Shown here: piece after piece, positions 38,729 to 48,845 of the stretch
Position numbering within the stretch: the first letter of the stretch is position 1
Layout: every line of letters begins with the position of its first letter
IMG/VR virus record: IMGVR_UViG_3300013936_000002
Coordinates: 1-64,000 of that record
Origin: a virus
Taxonomy: Duplodnaviria; Caudoviricetes
Direction: 5' to 3' (one strand)
Length of the DNA: 64,000 nt
Translations under genes and position numbers: made by a program
The notes under the pieces: model-generated
The model's input: the letters and a program-made list of their open reading frames with translations, nothing else
The model's database searches: none
What the model was told of the DNA's origin: nothing

Positions 38729-40135
38729 CTAAGATTTTTTAATAGTTAAAGTTCCAACCTTTGTACTATCATCATAAGTAAAATCAAACATACTTTCATC
38801 ATATTCAAAATATGTGTTATGTGCTTGATATGAGTTAGGCAAAGTTGTTTGAGTTTCTAAAGCCTCACTAATTGTTGCTAAAATTGGAATAAATACCAAA
38901 GTATTATTAACAATAATATTAGCTTGATTTATTGCAGTAATTAATGAATATGTTGTAATTGTGTTATTAGCTAAAGTAATGTTATTTGTATAATTCAATA
39001 TCTTTTCAATAATAGACTTTTCAATATCAGATCTATTTTCTTTAGTCCCTTTTGCATAGCCATCATAATAATTAAATTTAATTGTTAAGGTTGGTGTTTC
39101 AGGTTTACAAATTTTCCAACGAATATCATAAGATAATTTAGTAGTTTTCTTAACTTCAAATGTTTCAGTTTCACCTGTTGCACCATAAATTCCAGTTGAA
39201 TTAAACTCACTAGTTAAAATTCCTGGTGTCATTTTATTATAAATTAAATTACCAACAATACTTCTTAAATTATCTTTATCAACATTCTTATCGTATCTTA
39301 ATGTTACATAAACATCATGTACCGAAACACTAGTTAAATCATCCATTGGTTGTGCTTTAGCTGTACTATTACTATAAATCCAGCAATCTTTAATGCCAGT
39401 CGTATTAAATAAAACTCCTTGTAAACCAGTTAGCACACTAACGGATTGATTTCCTAATGCTTGTATTCTTCTACTTCTTAAAGATTCATCAGTTTCTTCA
39501 AGATTTCCCACAATTGCATCCTTTTGTTGATAGACTTGCCATTGTCCAATTTCAATAGATTGATTAATCCAGCCGTTATCAGTAGTATTCCAATCAATAT
39601 CTTTATTAGTTCCTAAAGCAGTTATATTTCCTAAGTTTTGGCAAACAACATTTTCAAGTATATTTACATCACCATTTTTAGACCATGAGATTGTAGGATT
39701 TCCGTTAATATCAACAGGGTTATTCCATTGCCAATAAATACCTGCTCTATCTCTAAAGATTAATGCAGTAGGTGTTACTACACTAGTAGAATTACCAATA
39801 TATTTAACAACTAATTGTGCAACCGAATATCCTTCATTTCTTCTAAAGACATTTGAGTATGAACATAAAATGTCTAAAAAGTGTCCAGTAGCACTTGCTG
39901 GATTTAATTGTAAATATGATGTATTAACTAATTGTAAAATATTGTTAATCAATAAAGCAATAGCATGTACATATTGTCCATCAGCACTTGCATCTGATAC
40001 ATCAATATCAGTTCCGTAAATATTTTTGAAAACATTTACTAATACATTTTTAATCTCAGGATAATTAGCAACTACTACACCACCATTATTAAATTGAATT
40101 AAATTTTTAAGTTGTTCTTCTAAATATTGATCCAT
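38729..40135 (-). CDS. baseplate J-like protein
   Basis: IYGTDID...SADGQ, LNPASATGHFLD, GNLEETDESLRSRR motifs. Confidence 0.88.
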   Translation of the reverse strand: MDQYLEEQLKNLIQFNNGGVVVANYPEIKNVLVNVFKNIYGTDIDVSDASADGQYVHAIALLINNILQLVNTSYLQLNPASATGHFLDILCSYSNVFRRNEGYSVAQLVVKYIGNSTSVVTPTALIFRDRAGIYWQWNNPVDINGNPTISWSKNGDVNILENVVCQNLGNITALGTNKDIDWNTTDNGWINQSIEIGQWQVYQQKDAIVGNLEETDESLRSRRIQALGNQSVSVLTGLQGVLFNTTGIKDCWIYSNSTAKAQPMDDLTSVSVHDVYVTLRYDKNVDKDNLRSIVGNLIYNKMTPGILTSEFNSTGIYGATGETETFEVKKTTKLSYDIRWKICKPETPTLTIKFNYYDGYAKGTKENRSDIEKSIIEKILNYTNNITLANNTITTYSLITAINQANIIVNNTLVFIPILATISEALETQTTLPNSYQAHNTYFEYDESMFDFTYDDSTKVGTLTIKKS

Positions 40136-40146
40136 ATCTTTCTCCT

Positions 40147-40599
40147 TTATCTTGTTTTAACTACTACACCATATTTTAATAAATGATAATTTTCATCATC
40201 AGTTGTTAAACAAGTTCCATTAATAGAATTTAAACTATTAATAAAATTCTTATCACAAAATACTACTAAAATTATATCATTTACTTCTAACCCAGTATGT
40301 ATGGTTAACGATTTTTCTTGATTATTATCTTTTATTACAAATTCATGTTCAGTTCCACTATTGCTTTCTTTATCAAAATAATAAGCATAAATCGAGTATG
40401 AAGATTGATTGCTTTCTAATGGAAAAGGTTTACACCTAATTATTCCAAAAGAATTATCATCATTAATAGGTTGTATTATCTCTTCTACATAAGCTAATGT
40501 AGCAACTTTTAAATCAGTAAATATATTGTGTTTTAAAATCAATAATACATCTAATAATGAGCTAGCATTATTAATTCGTTGTTCTTCAGTTTCTCTCAT
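40147..40599 (-). CDS. baseplate spike/Gp138-like protein
   Basis: GLEVNDIILVVFCD, YHLLKYGVVV resembling the H.lsDa motif. Confidence 0.65.
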   Translation of the reverse strand: MRETEEQRINNASSLLDVLLILKHNIFTDLKVATLAYVEEIIQPINDDNSFGIIRCKPFPLESNQSSYSIYAYYFDKESNSGTEHEFVIKDNNQEKSLTIHTGLEVNDIILVVFCDKNFINSLNSINGTCLTTDDENYHLLKYGVVVKTR

Positions 40600-41588
40600 T
40601 TAACATTACCTCCAACAATATTGTTAATGATATTTAATCCTATTGCTTGAATATTTAATTCAAATGTACTACCACGGTTTTGGAAGATAAAATTAATCTC
40701 TTTTATCATGTAACCACCATTAGTAGATAAATAGTTGTTTTTCCAATTCTTTTGTGCACCTTCTAAAGATGTTTCAGTTCTATTAACATACGCATTATCA
40801 ATATAAATAATATCTCCTGGAATAAAATTAAAAGTTGGAAATAAACATATTTTCAAACCATCTTTACTAATGCTAGGATTTCCTTTATTAAAATTAATAG
40901 TATTAGGATTAATAACAATTTGTCTTTTGTCATTAATTGTACTCATATTAATTACTTGGTTGTCTAAAGAAGAATCAATATTAGAGATTAAATCATTTGA
41001 ATTGTTTGATAAACTTTCAACAAAACTAGCAGGAGTATCATAAGCACTAATAACTTCATGAATGTATTTTTGTTTTAATTCTTCACTTAATGTTGATGTA
41101 TCAATGCCTTTTTGTAAACAAATATAATTTAAAATCCCATACATAGACATGTTAGGAATAAGATTAATATTAATTCTTGATTGAGAATATCTAGCAACAA
41201 ATGTAGAAGCAAAAATGATAGTACAAGTATTATCTTTTTTCATAGTGATTTCATCACTTATATAAGCAATCTCACCTTTAAAAAATCTTTCCATACTTTG
41301 TGAACGATAACCAGCCCATATCTCAATCTCATAAAATTGTCCTTCGATAATTCTATAAATTTCTGCATAAGTCAAGTTAGAGATTTTAACAGTTCCTTGA
41401 TTTAACATACTTGAGATTTGTTTAGTTCCATTTACTTCAATATTTAATTGATCGTTTATATATTCGTTTTTACCATTTCTAGTTCCGAAGACTAAATCAT
41501 CAACATTGTAAATTTTACTTTTTAACTTGATAACCAAATCACGCATCCAACATAGCTTTTTATCAGTAATAATATTTTGTTCTTTCAT
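40596..41588 (-). CDS. baseplate hub protein
   Basis: GTVKISNLT...IEIWAGY...FFKGEI pattern; start refined to MKEQ. Confidence 0.75.
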   Translation of the reverse strand: MKEQNIITDKKLCWMRDLVIKLKSKIYNVDDLVFGTRNGKNEYINDQLNIEVNGTKQISSMLNQGTVKISNLTYAEIYRIIEGQFYEIEIWAGYRSQSMERFFKGEIAYISDEITMKKDNTCTIIFASTFVARYSQSRININLIPNMSMYGILNYICLQKGIDTSTLSEELKQKYIHEVISAYDTPASFVESLSNNSNDLISNIDSSLDNQVINMSTINDKRQIVINPNTINFNKGNPSISKDGLKICLFPTFNFIPGDIIYIDNAYVNRTETSLEGAQKNWKNNYLSTNGGYMIKEINFIFQNRGSTFELNIQAIGLNIINNIVGGNVK

Positions 41589-41589
41589 A

Positions 41590-43065
41590 TTATACAAAAC
41601 CCTCACTAATTATTGCTTTATTTATAGCATCTGTAATTTTTTTTACATTGTCTTGTATTCTACCTTTTGAAACCCATATTGAATAACTAGACAATTTGTT
41701 TTTAACATTATCTATTTTTTCTTGTGTATTATTATACTCATTATTAAATGAAGCATTACACAAATAGACTTCGTATTGTTTAGTTAAATCTTTAAACCAC
41801 ATATTTTGGTTTCTATTAAAGTCAACCATGTTAGTAATTGGAGACCACTTATTTTGCATTTCAATTATCTTACCATCTAAAGTAGTAATATTTACATCCC
41901 AACTATTGTTATTCATATTATTTTTTTCAAACTTAATAATATAATAATTACCACCAATGTTTAAACTAACCTTATGTGGTTGGTCTTGATTTATAGTATA
42001 AATACTAAGATTAGAGTTAACTTTATTAACTTCAACTTCAATATCATCAAGCAAATTAGTTAATCTATTAAGATCAGGGTTAGCAGAACCATTAACTAAT
42101 TTAAATGCTATTTTTTGTCTTTCTCTTTGTTTAATTGCTTCAATATATTTAGAAATACCAGTAATCAAAATAACTGCACCTATAATTGCAATTGCAACAA
42201 TTGTTCCAACTGGTGCAACTACACTACTTGCTGCAATTGTAGCACCTGTTGAGGCTGCTGCAGTAGTCAATAAAGTTGTAGTAATAGCAGTAACTTTTAA
42301 AACAATCTTAATTAATAAAGCTGCTACAAAAGCAGTAACACCACCTGGTAAAGCAAAATCTTTAAAATACATTTGAATGTTTGCAACAAAATCATTATCA
42401 ATATAACCATTATCATTTAATGATTTAATGACACTTTCTTTTAATTGTCCTGTTTTAGCTAAAACTGTTCCTAAAGAACTTCCAATCGGTTCATCAATAC
42501 TAGGCAACCCATTGTCTCTTCTTTCAGCTTCACTTAATTGTTGAACGGTTTGAGTTTCAACCATTATCACTTCTTTAAACTCAAAAGCAAAACTCATAGA
42601 GTTTTGTTTTTCAACCCATGAACAAGATGTTAAAGCCATGTTTTTTCGAGCTTTAAATCTTGCATTTTCAGTATTGATATTATTTTCACTATCAGATTCT
42701 AAAGTTAAAACATCACATAAATAACCTTGACTTTTTATCTTTTCAAAAACATTTTGTATTCTAGTTAGTCTATCACCATTGCCTTCAAAACCATAAGAAT
42801 CACTATTCCAATTTTTACCATTTAAAGAAAAGCTACCTGATATATTTAATGTATCAGGGTTTCTAAACATGTGGTCAGTCATAGTATCGCCATCTTGTAA
42901 AGGGTATGAACAAGTAGTTGATGATGATGTGACTTTTTTATCGTTAACAATATCAAAAAGTAAATATTTAGTAGGATCTTCATTAGCTGGTAATGTTTCA
43001 TTACCCCATTGATTCATATTAACTTTAATAATAGCTTTATAACTTTTATTTGAACCATAAGCCAT
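41590..43065 (-). CDS. Dit-like tail-initiator domain fused to a hydrophobic segment and a C-terminal baseplate domain
   Basis: SYPLQDGDTMTDHMFRNPDTLNISG Dit-like motif; central Ala/Thr/Ile-rich hydrophobic stretch. Confidence 0.65.
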   Translation of the reverse strand: MAYGSNKSYKAIIKVNMNQWGNETLPANEDPTKYLLFDIVNDKKVTSSSTTCSYPLQDGDTMTDHMFRNPDTLNISGSFSLNGKNWNSDSYGFEGNGDRLTRIQNVFEKIKSQGYLCDVLTLESDSENNINTENARFKARKNMALTSCSWVEKQNSMSFAFEFKEVIMVETQTVQQLSEAERRDNGLPSIDEPIGSSLGTVLAKTGQLKESVIKSLNDNGYIDNDFVANIQMYFKDFALPGGVTAFVAALLIKIVLKVTAITTTLLTTAAASTGATIAASSVVAPVGTIVAIAIIGAVILITGISKYIEAIKQRERQKIAFKLVNGSANPDLNRLTNLLDDIEVEVNKVNSNLSIYTINQDQPHKVSLNIGGNYYIIKFEKNNMNNNSWDVNITTLDGKIIEMQNKWSPITNMVDFNRNQNMWFKDLTKQYEVYLCNASFNNEYNNTQEKIDNVKNKLSSYSIWVSKGRIQDNVKKITDAINKAIISEGFV

Positions 43066-43078
43066 ATCTCAACCCTCC

Positions 43079-44182
43079 TTAATATTTAATAGCTGTCGTT
43101 AATTGTTTAGCAATAGTTGACCATTGATTATTAATACTATCATTTATTTCATTAGCACCTTGTAAAACACCTGTAGTATTATTTGTATTATTAATATAAA
43201 CTCTAGTTGAGTTTCCAACACTTGGAGCAAACAAATTTCCAATATTACTAAAAGCATTTAAAATAGACATAACAATATTGCCTATTGCTTTAACTACTTC
43301 AAAAGTTCCTTTTAAGACTGCCATGATAGTATCTTTATTCTCAGCTACCCATGATAAAAATTCCATAGCTAATTCTTGCTTTAATTCTTCAAACTCTAAT
43401 TGCATTGATTGTATAGATGATAATGTTCCTGAACTTTCCATCTTGTTATAAAATTCAGAATATCTTTCCATATATTCTAAAAGTTTACTTCTTTGTTCAG
43501 CGTTCATCCATGGTAAATCACTTTCACTAATATTTAATAATGATGTAGCTTGAGTAAAAGCAAATGCTTGTGATGAAGATAATCCATACTTCATTCTAGT
43601 CTCTCTTGCACTAGCATTTGTGATTAATGAATCAGATGAAAAAGTTGCCATACCAGTTTTTAAATCAGTAAATTGACCAATAACATCTTTTACACCTTTA
43701 CTTAAATCTAAAAAATTAACATTTAAAACTTTTATTGATTCTCTAAAAACATTAAAACCTTTTTCTAATACTTCAAAACCTAATTTAGTAAAAAAGTTGC
43801 CTTTACTATCACCACTAGTTAAAGCATCCTTTAATGTTTCATATCCTCTTGATAAAAGATTACCTTTGCCACCAAATGCGACATTTGACGCAGTTTCTAT
43901 ACCTTTTAATAGTTTTTTACCATTTGTAGTTTTTTCGTTGTCCTTAGTGGCTGTATTTAACTTTCTAATAGATTCAGTAGCTTCATCAACATTCTTTTTA
44001 TATTGTTTCATATAAGCGTTAGTGTCTCTAACAGCTTTTCTATATGATTCAGGAAATAAATCTTTTAAGACTAATTTAATTGTATTTAATTGTTTAACTA
44101 ATTCTTTAAATTGAGTATTAAGAAGTTTAAGTTGTTCATCACCAACTTTAATATCAATACTCTTAGTAATTCTATCAGCCAT
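43079..44182 (-). CDS. tape measure protein (short, 367 aa)
   Basis: Helical low-complexity protein directly after the tail chaperone pair and before Dit-like gene. Confidence 0.7.
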   Translation of the reverse strand: MADRITKSIDIKVGDEQLKLLNTQFKELVKQLNTIKLVLKDLFPESYRKAVRDTNAYMKQYKKNVDEATESIRKLNTATKDNEKTTNGKKLLKGIETASNVAFGGKGNLLSRGYETLKDALTSGDSKGNFFTKLGFEVLEKGFNVFRESIKVLNVNFLDLSKGVKDVIGQFTDLKTGMATFSSDSLITNASARETRMKYGLSSSQAFAFTQATSLLNISESDLPWMNAEQRSKLLEYMERYSEFYNKMESSGTLSSIQSMQLEFEELKQELAMEFLSWVAENKDTIMAVLKGTFEVVKAIGNIVMSILNAFSNIGNLFAPSVGNSTRVYINNTNNTTGVLQGANEINDSINNQWSTIAKQLTTAIKY

Positions 44183-44204
44183 AACTTAAACTCCTTTCTA
44201 CTTA

Positions 44205-44725
44205 TTAATTTTCTAAAGCTATATGTTTATTGTAGATTGTTGCTAAACAAATTTCATATAAATCCACAACTTCATCAATTGAGTAAACATTTTTCAATTC
44301 ATAAAGTGTAGCAAGTTTGTTTGTAATAAGTAAATAAACAATAGGATTAATTCTTTTAGGTGTTTTAAAATCTTTTTTTTCATCTCCAGTCGAAGAAATG
44401 AAATAAGTCTCATTTATTCGCTGGATTTCTGAAAAGTTTTTAAAATTACCTCTTGCATATACTTGTTAGATAATTGAGATAAGCTAATTAAATCATTTTC
44501 AATTCCACTTGGCATATAAATTTCACGACTTGGAACTTTAACAGCTATCCATTTCTCACCTTGCTTGACTTCAATATGTTCTAAAGCAAAGTTAATAAAT
44601 TGTTTAGTTGATTCATACTTTTCAAAATCCATTTGTGAAACAATAGCAAGTAGATCTACTGGTGAGCATTTAGCAAATCTAAATGTTTCTTCTCTTGTAT
44701 CAATTTTAAACTCTTCTTGTATCAT
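44205..44725 (-). CDS. tail assembly chaperone G (44414-44725) and -1 frameshift extension GT (to 44205)
   Basis: In-frame slippery T-TTA-AAA at 44444-44438; -1 frame is open to 44205 and encodes NKLATLYELKNVYSIDEVVDLYEI. Confidence 0.75.
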
Positions 44726-44750
44726 TTTATTTATCTCTCCTTTATTTTAA

Positions 44751-45845
44751 TTAAATGCTAGTAACTTCAGCTACATCATTTATAAATTGAAATTGAACAG
44801 AACACCACATATTGAAAGATAAGTTTATATTTTCAATACTATTATTAATTGAATTCTCACTGTCAATAGTTTCTAAATAAAGGTCGACCTTTAAATCGTA
44901 TTTTGTTTCTCTACCACAATCAATTTCATATTGTCTATCTTCGTGTGGATATACTGGAACTCTCTCCATAAAAAACATCATTGCAGTTATTTTAAATCTT
45001 GTCAATGCTGAAGTTGATAAAGTACCAAATGCAACATCTTGAGATTGCTGATAACCACGATTCATATAACCATTAAATGCAGTACCAGTAATATTACCCA
45101 TTTTAACTATCGATCCGACATTTATATTAAATGAAATAACTCCCATATTATCAATAACTTTTTTTACATTTGCATCTTGTGTACTAACATCTTTACGATT
45201 AAAAAAAGCCATTTGAATAATTAATTTTTTTTCTTTTCCATTACAAACATAGTATTTTTTATCATCAAACCCTGTAGCATATAACCCCATATCATCATCC
45301 GTAAATTTTAAAGAACTACTATACATTTGTATGTTTTCTTTTACTACACCAAATTGCATAAAATTAGGCATAGGAAATCTTTTATTATCATTTAAAGGAC
45401 ATGGAATTCCAGTAAGCTTATTTATATTTTCTATTTTTGTAGAAATAGCATTATTCATTGTAAAGTTAGTTCCAATTAATGTACCTTCAGGTTTAGCTAT
45501 ATTAAATATTCCAAAATCACCATAGTCATAACCAGTTGAAATTGTACCTGCATCATAATCATCTGCAACTTTTAAATTAATAATTTGTTTTACATATTCT
45601 TCAAAAGCACTTTTTATATTAGCTGTTTGTGTATCAATGTTATCATTAGTTAACTCAGGACCAATGGTGAAACTACCATAATCTTTTAAGATATTAAAAA
45701 AAGTATATGAACCAATAGTTGCATTTCTTAAAGCAAGATTCATATCTTTTGCAATAATTAATTTTCCTTTAACAAAATCACTTAAATAATCACTTGTACT
45801 CTCTAAAGGAGTATTGCCAAATAATTTAATATTATTAGTACTCAT
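44751..45845 (-). CDS. hypothetical virion protein
   Basis: 364-aa ORF in late operon with RBS. Confidence 0.65.
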   Translation of the reverse strand: MSTNNIKLFGNTPLESTSDYLSDFVKGKLIIAKDMNLALRNATIGSYTFFNILKDYGSFTIGPELTNDNIDTQTANIKSAFEEYVKQIINLKVADDYDAGTISTGYDYGDFGIFNIAKPEGTLIGTNFTMNNAISTKIENINKLTGIPCPLNDNKRFPMPNFMQFGVVKENIQMYSSSLKFTDDDMGLYATGFDDKKYYVCNGKEKKLIIQMAFFNRKDVSTQDANVKKVIDNMGVISFNINVGSIVKMGNITGTAFNGYMNRGYQQSQDVAFGTLSTSALTRFKITAMMFFMERVPVYPHEDRQYEIDCGRETKYDLKVDLYLETIDSENSINNSIENINLSFNMWCSVQFQFINDVAEVTSI

Positions 45846-45868
45846 ATACTTTTTTCCTTTCTTTTAAA

Positions 45869-46258
45869 CTAAGCTTCTTCTTTTACTTCAGTTTCTTTTT
45901 TAAACATTGGATTAATTTGTTTTTCAAGTTGTTTATTTCTTGCATCAGCATTTTTCATTTTATTGATTGCTTCATCAATTCTTTCAACTTCTTCTTTAGA
46001 TGTGTTTCCACAATCATCAGTTTCAGCACCAATAGTTAAAAGTCTATCTCTTTCAAGTGATTTAACTGTTTTCCAATTTTTAATTTGTGCTGGATAATAA
46101 TAAGTTCCAGCTTTAATTAAATAACGAAAAGGAACCCATCCTGGTTTAACATTGAGCTTGTCAGCCATAGGTGCAGTAGGATTTGTTAAGTTAACAGAGC
46201 CTAAATCTCTAGTAACTTCAATTGTAATTGTTGATGTAATAAGTACATATTTTTTCAT
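45869..46258 (-). CDS. hypothetical protein
   Basis: 129-aa ORF, AAGGAGAG RBS. Confidence 0.7.
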   Translation of the reverse strand: MKKYVLITSTITIEVTRDLGSVNLTNPTAPMADKLNVKPGWVPFRYLIKAGTYYYPAQIKNWKTVKSLERDRLLTIGAETDDCGNTSKEEVERIDEAINKMKNADARNKQLEKQINPMFKKETEVKEEA

Positions 46259-46276
46259 ATAATTATCTCTCCTTTC

Positions 46277-46552
46277 TTATTGGTCATCAAACATATCTAT
46301 CAAATAGACTCGCATAGGTCTACCATCAAGCATTTTGGTTGTATGGTTTTTTCTTCTTAACGCATTGCAAATCTCACAACCTATAAGATTTTTATTTACT
46401 GCATTAACTTCCATACCTCTAAATTCACAAATTTGAATAATGTTATCAAATGAGTAAAGATAAACTTCATCAGTGTGGTCGTAAAATACTATATTGTATT
46501 TTTTCTTGTAAAACTTAACGACTTGAACATCATTCTTCTTGGACTTCTTCAT
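46277..46552 (-). CDS. hypothetical protein
   Basis: Start refined to MKKSKK after AGGAGAG inside the portal 3' end. Confidence 0.6.
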   Translation of the reverse strand: MKKSKKNDVQVVKFYKKKYNIVFYDHTDEVYLYSFDNIIQICEFRGMEVNAVNKNLIGCEICNALRRKNHTTKMLDGRPMRVYLIDMFDDQ

Positions 46553-48185
46553 TAACACTCTCTCCTGTATTAACTTCAACATTTTCATTGATTGGTTTAT
46601 TTTCTTCATTTAATGGTTCGTTTTCTATAGGTTGTTGATTAAATCTACTTAAAGATGGAAAACTACTTCTATCGATTGAAGAACCACCTAATTTTTCAAG
46701 TTCTTTAATACTAGACAATAAATCTTTTTGTGCTTCTAATTTAAGTTTATTAAGTTGTTCTTCAGTAAATGCAATATTAATACTTCCTTTATTCATAAAG
46801 TCTTGTATAGATAAAGCCATTTGATATTTAGAAATTAAACCTCTATCATTAATTGAAGATAACATACTAACTAAACCATTAATAGCATTTATCTTTTCGT
46901 TGTTTTCTTCTTCTTTATTTAATGAGTTAAATGAAAAGTCGACATCACCTTTAATATCATATACAGCAAAACAAATCTTTAAAAACTTATTCATCACAGG
47001 TCTAACCAAAGAATCGCAACGACCTAAGATTGTTTTTGAGTATCGTTTGAAAGCATCACTTTCTTGAGATAACCCACCTTTTAAATCACCAAATAATATT
47101 CCTTGCATTTCTAAAGCAGCCGAGATTAACCACATGTTTTTCTCAAGTAGATCTGATAATCCAGCCATTTGAGTGAAACCACCTGAAGTATATTCATCAT
47201 CTTTATCAAGTAAGGTCAATGAGTTAAAAGTTCTAGCCCAATTAACCATTTCAAGTCTTTTCATAAGTTGTTGTTTGTTAGCTTCATCTGCGCCCATAAA
47301 AACACCACGCATACCAGACATTTTAATAACTTCAATTAATGACTTGTTAACTAAAGATGTTATAGCTGACTTCAATTGGTCATCTCTACTTAATTCATTT
47401 AATATGTGAGACCCTTCAGCATAGCCCCAACCCATGAGTTGACCATTCTTAATTAAATTAGGAGCATTTCTATGTTCATATCTTAATACATAAGAATGAT
47501 GAACCTTACAAGTATGACCATCTGCGAATGTAACTTCATAATAAGCTGGTTTACCAAAATCTATATTCTTCATATTAGTAACTGTCTCACTAGATGGAAC
47601 ACAACCATACCAACGATCCGTTACATATAAAGTCATTTTCTTTCCTTTGATTTTTTCTTTATTAATAGTACGACCTAAATCTTCATCATTTAGACCATCA
47701 AACATTACAACTGCAATAGATCCACCAAATAAAGCACCCCATTTTAAAAGGTTAACTAAATCATTTTTAGAATCGTTGTATGCTTTGTAAACGGCAGTAT
47801 AATCTTCATCACCATTAATAGTAATACCACAAGTGATTTCATCTTGTGCAGGCTTATCAATAGCTCTTTTGAAAACCCAAGAATCATTATATAACGCTAA
47901 CCATAAAGTATAATTTAAAGTATCATTAGAAAATCCATAGTTAGTAAAAGAAGAAACCTTATCATCAGTTCCAGTAGAATTTAATGAGTTTCCCCAGTGA
48001 TCCTTTAAAGCAACACTCTTACTTGCAGTGTCTTTAATCTTTGACATTGTATCATCTAAATGAGTTTCTAAATCGGAATGTTTAGGTGATAAATATTGTT
48101 GCATTAAATTAATTACTTGTTCGTTAGACATTGAATTACCACTAGTACTAACATTAATGTTTAAATCTGTTTTCTTTTCAGCCAT
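46530..48185 (-). CDS. portal protein (DUF1073-like)
   Basis: LYNDSWVFKRAIDKPAQD, WGALFGG, CKVHHSYVL, GWGYAEG, LFGDLKGGL motifs. Confidence 0.88.
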   Translation of the reverse strand: MAEKKTDLNINVSTSGNSMSNEQVINLMQQYLSPKHSDLETHLDDTMSKIKDTASKSVALKDHWGNSLNSTGTDDKVSSFTNYGFSNDTLNYTLWLALYNDSWVFKRAIDKPAQDEITCGITINGDEDYTAVYKAYNDSKNDLVNLLKWGALFGGSIAVVMFDGLNDEDLGRTINKEKIKGKKMTLYVTDRWYGCVPSSETVTNMKNIDFGKPAYYEVTFADGHTCKVHHSYVLRYEHRNAPNLIKNGQLMGWGYAEGSHILNELSRDDQLKSAITSLVNKSLIEVIKMSGMRGVFMGADEANKQQLMKRLEMVNWARTFNSLTLLDKDDEYTSGGFTQMAGLSDLLEKNMWLISAALEMQGILFGDLKGGLSQESDAFKRYSKTILGRCDSLVRPVMNKFLKICFAVYDIKGDVDFSFNSLNKEEENNEKINAINGLVSMLSSINDRGLISKYQMALSIQDFMNKGSINIAFTEEQLNKLKLEAQKDLLSSIKELEKLGGSSIDRSSFPSLSRFNQQPIENEPLNEENKPINENVEVNTGESVNEEVQEE

Positions 48186-48212
48186 AATCTTATACTCTAT
48201 ACCTCAAAAATT

Positions 48213-48241
48213 ATTATAAAACCATTTTCAAAAAATGTAAA
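48213..48241 (-). promoter_or_regulatory. promoter of the morphogenesis operon
   Basis: TTTACA-17 bp-TATAAT on - strand. Confidence 0.7.
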
Positions 48242-48282
48242 TAATTTTTAATGAAATAAAAATTATTTATTTAATAAAACTA

Positions 48283-48311
48283 TTCACATTTAACTATTAT
48301 TATGATATAAT
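48283..48311 (+). promoter_or_regulatory. divergent phage consensus promoter
   Basis: AAAACTA-TTCACA-17 bp-TATAAT. Confidence 0.7.
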
Positions 48312-48376
48312 AAAGGTTGAGTAATATAATTATATAAAAAAAATATGGTATTATGTAATATAGGAGTGTAGAAAAT

Positions 48377-48742
48377 ATGATAGAAGCCGATTACAAATTG
48401 AATTTTAAAAAGATGTCAAGACTAGACATGAAGAAAATTCAAAAGGAAATTAACAAAGAAATCAAAGTCAAAGGGTTAAAGATTAAATGTACTGGAGTTT
48501 ATTACTCAAGCGAAAAACCAATTGACTTAGTTTCAAGTGAAGATACCGAACACGATCCACATCACATTCATACATTTACTTTTTATATTAGAGAAATATA
48601 TTTTGATATATGTTATATGAAAAAAAAGCCAACAAGTATATCATTATATATAACTCCTAAAACGAAATTAAAAGATATAGCAACAATTCTCATTCGTGAT
48701 TATTCGTGTTATTGGATTGCTGAACAATTTGTTTCCGATTAA
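48377..48742 (+). CDS. hypothetical protein
   Basis: 121 aa, AGGAG RBS, own promoter and terminator. Confidence 0.7.
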   Translation: MIEADYKLNFKKMSRLDMKKIQKEINKEIKVKGLKIKCTGVYYSSEKPIDLVSSEDTEHDPHHIHTFTFYIREIYFDICYMKKKPTSISLYITPKTKLKDIATILIRDYSCYWIAEQFVSD

Positions 48743-48765
48743 AAGTCTTTATCCACAAGACTTTT
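48741..48765 (+). terminator. intrinsic terminator
   Basis: AAAAGTCTT...AAGACTTTT hairpin plus U-tract. Confidence 0.7.
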
Positions 48766-48791
48766 TATTTTACTCAATTTGCTTAAAACTA

Positions 48792-48820
48792 TTAACATTT
48801 AACTTTAAATGTGATATAAT
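48792..48820 (+). promoter_or_regulatory. phage consensus promoter
   Basis: AAAACTA-TTAACA-17 bp-TATAAT. Confidence 0.7.
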
Positions 48821-48845
48821 AGAATAAAAAAGGAGAGATAACGCA

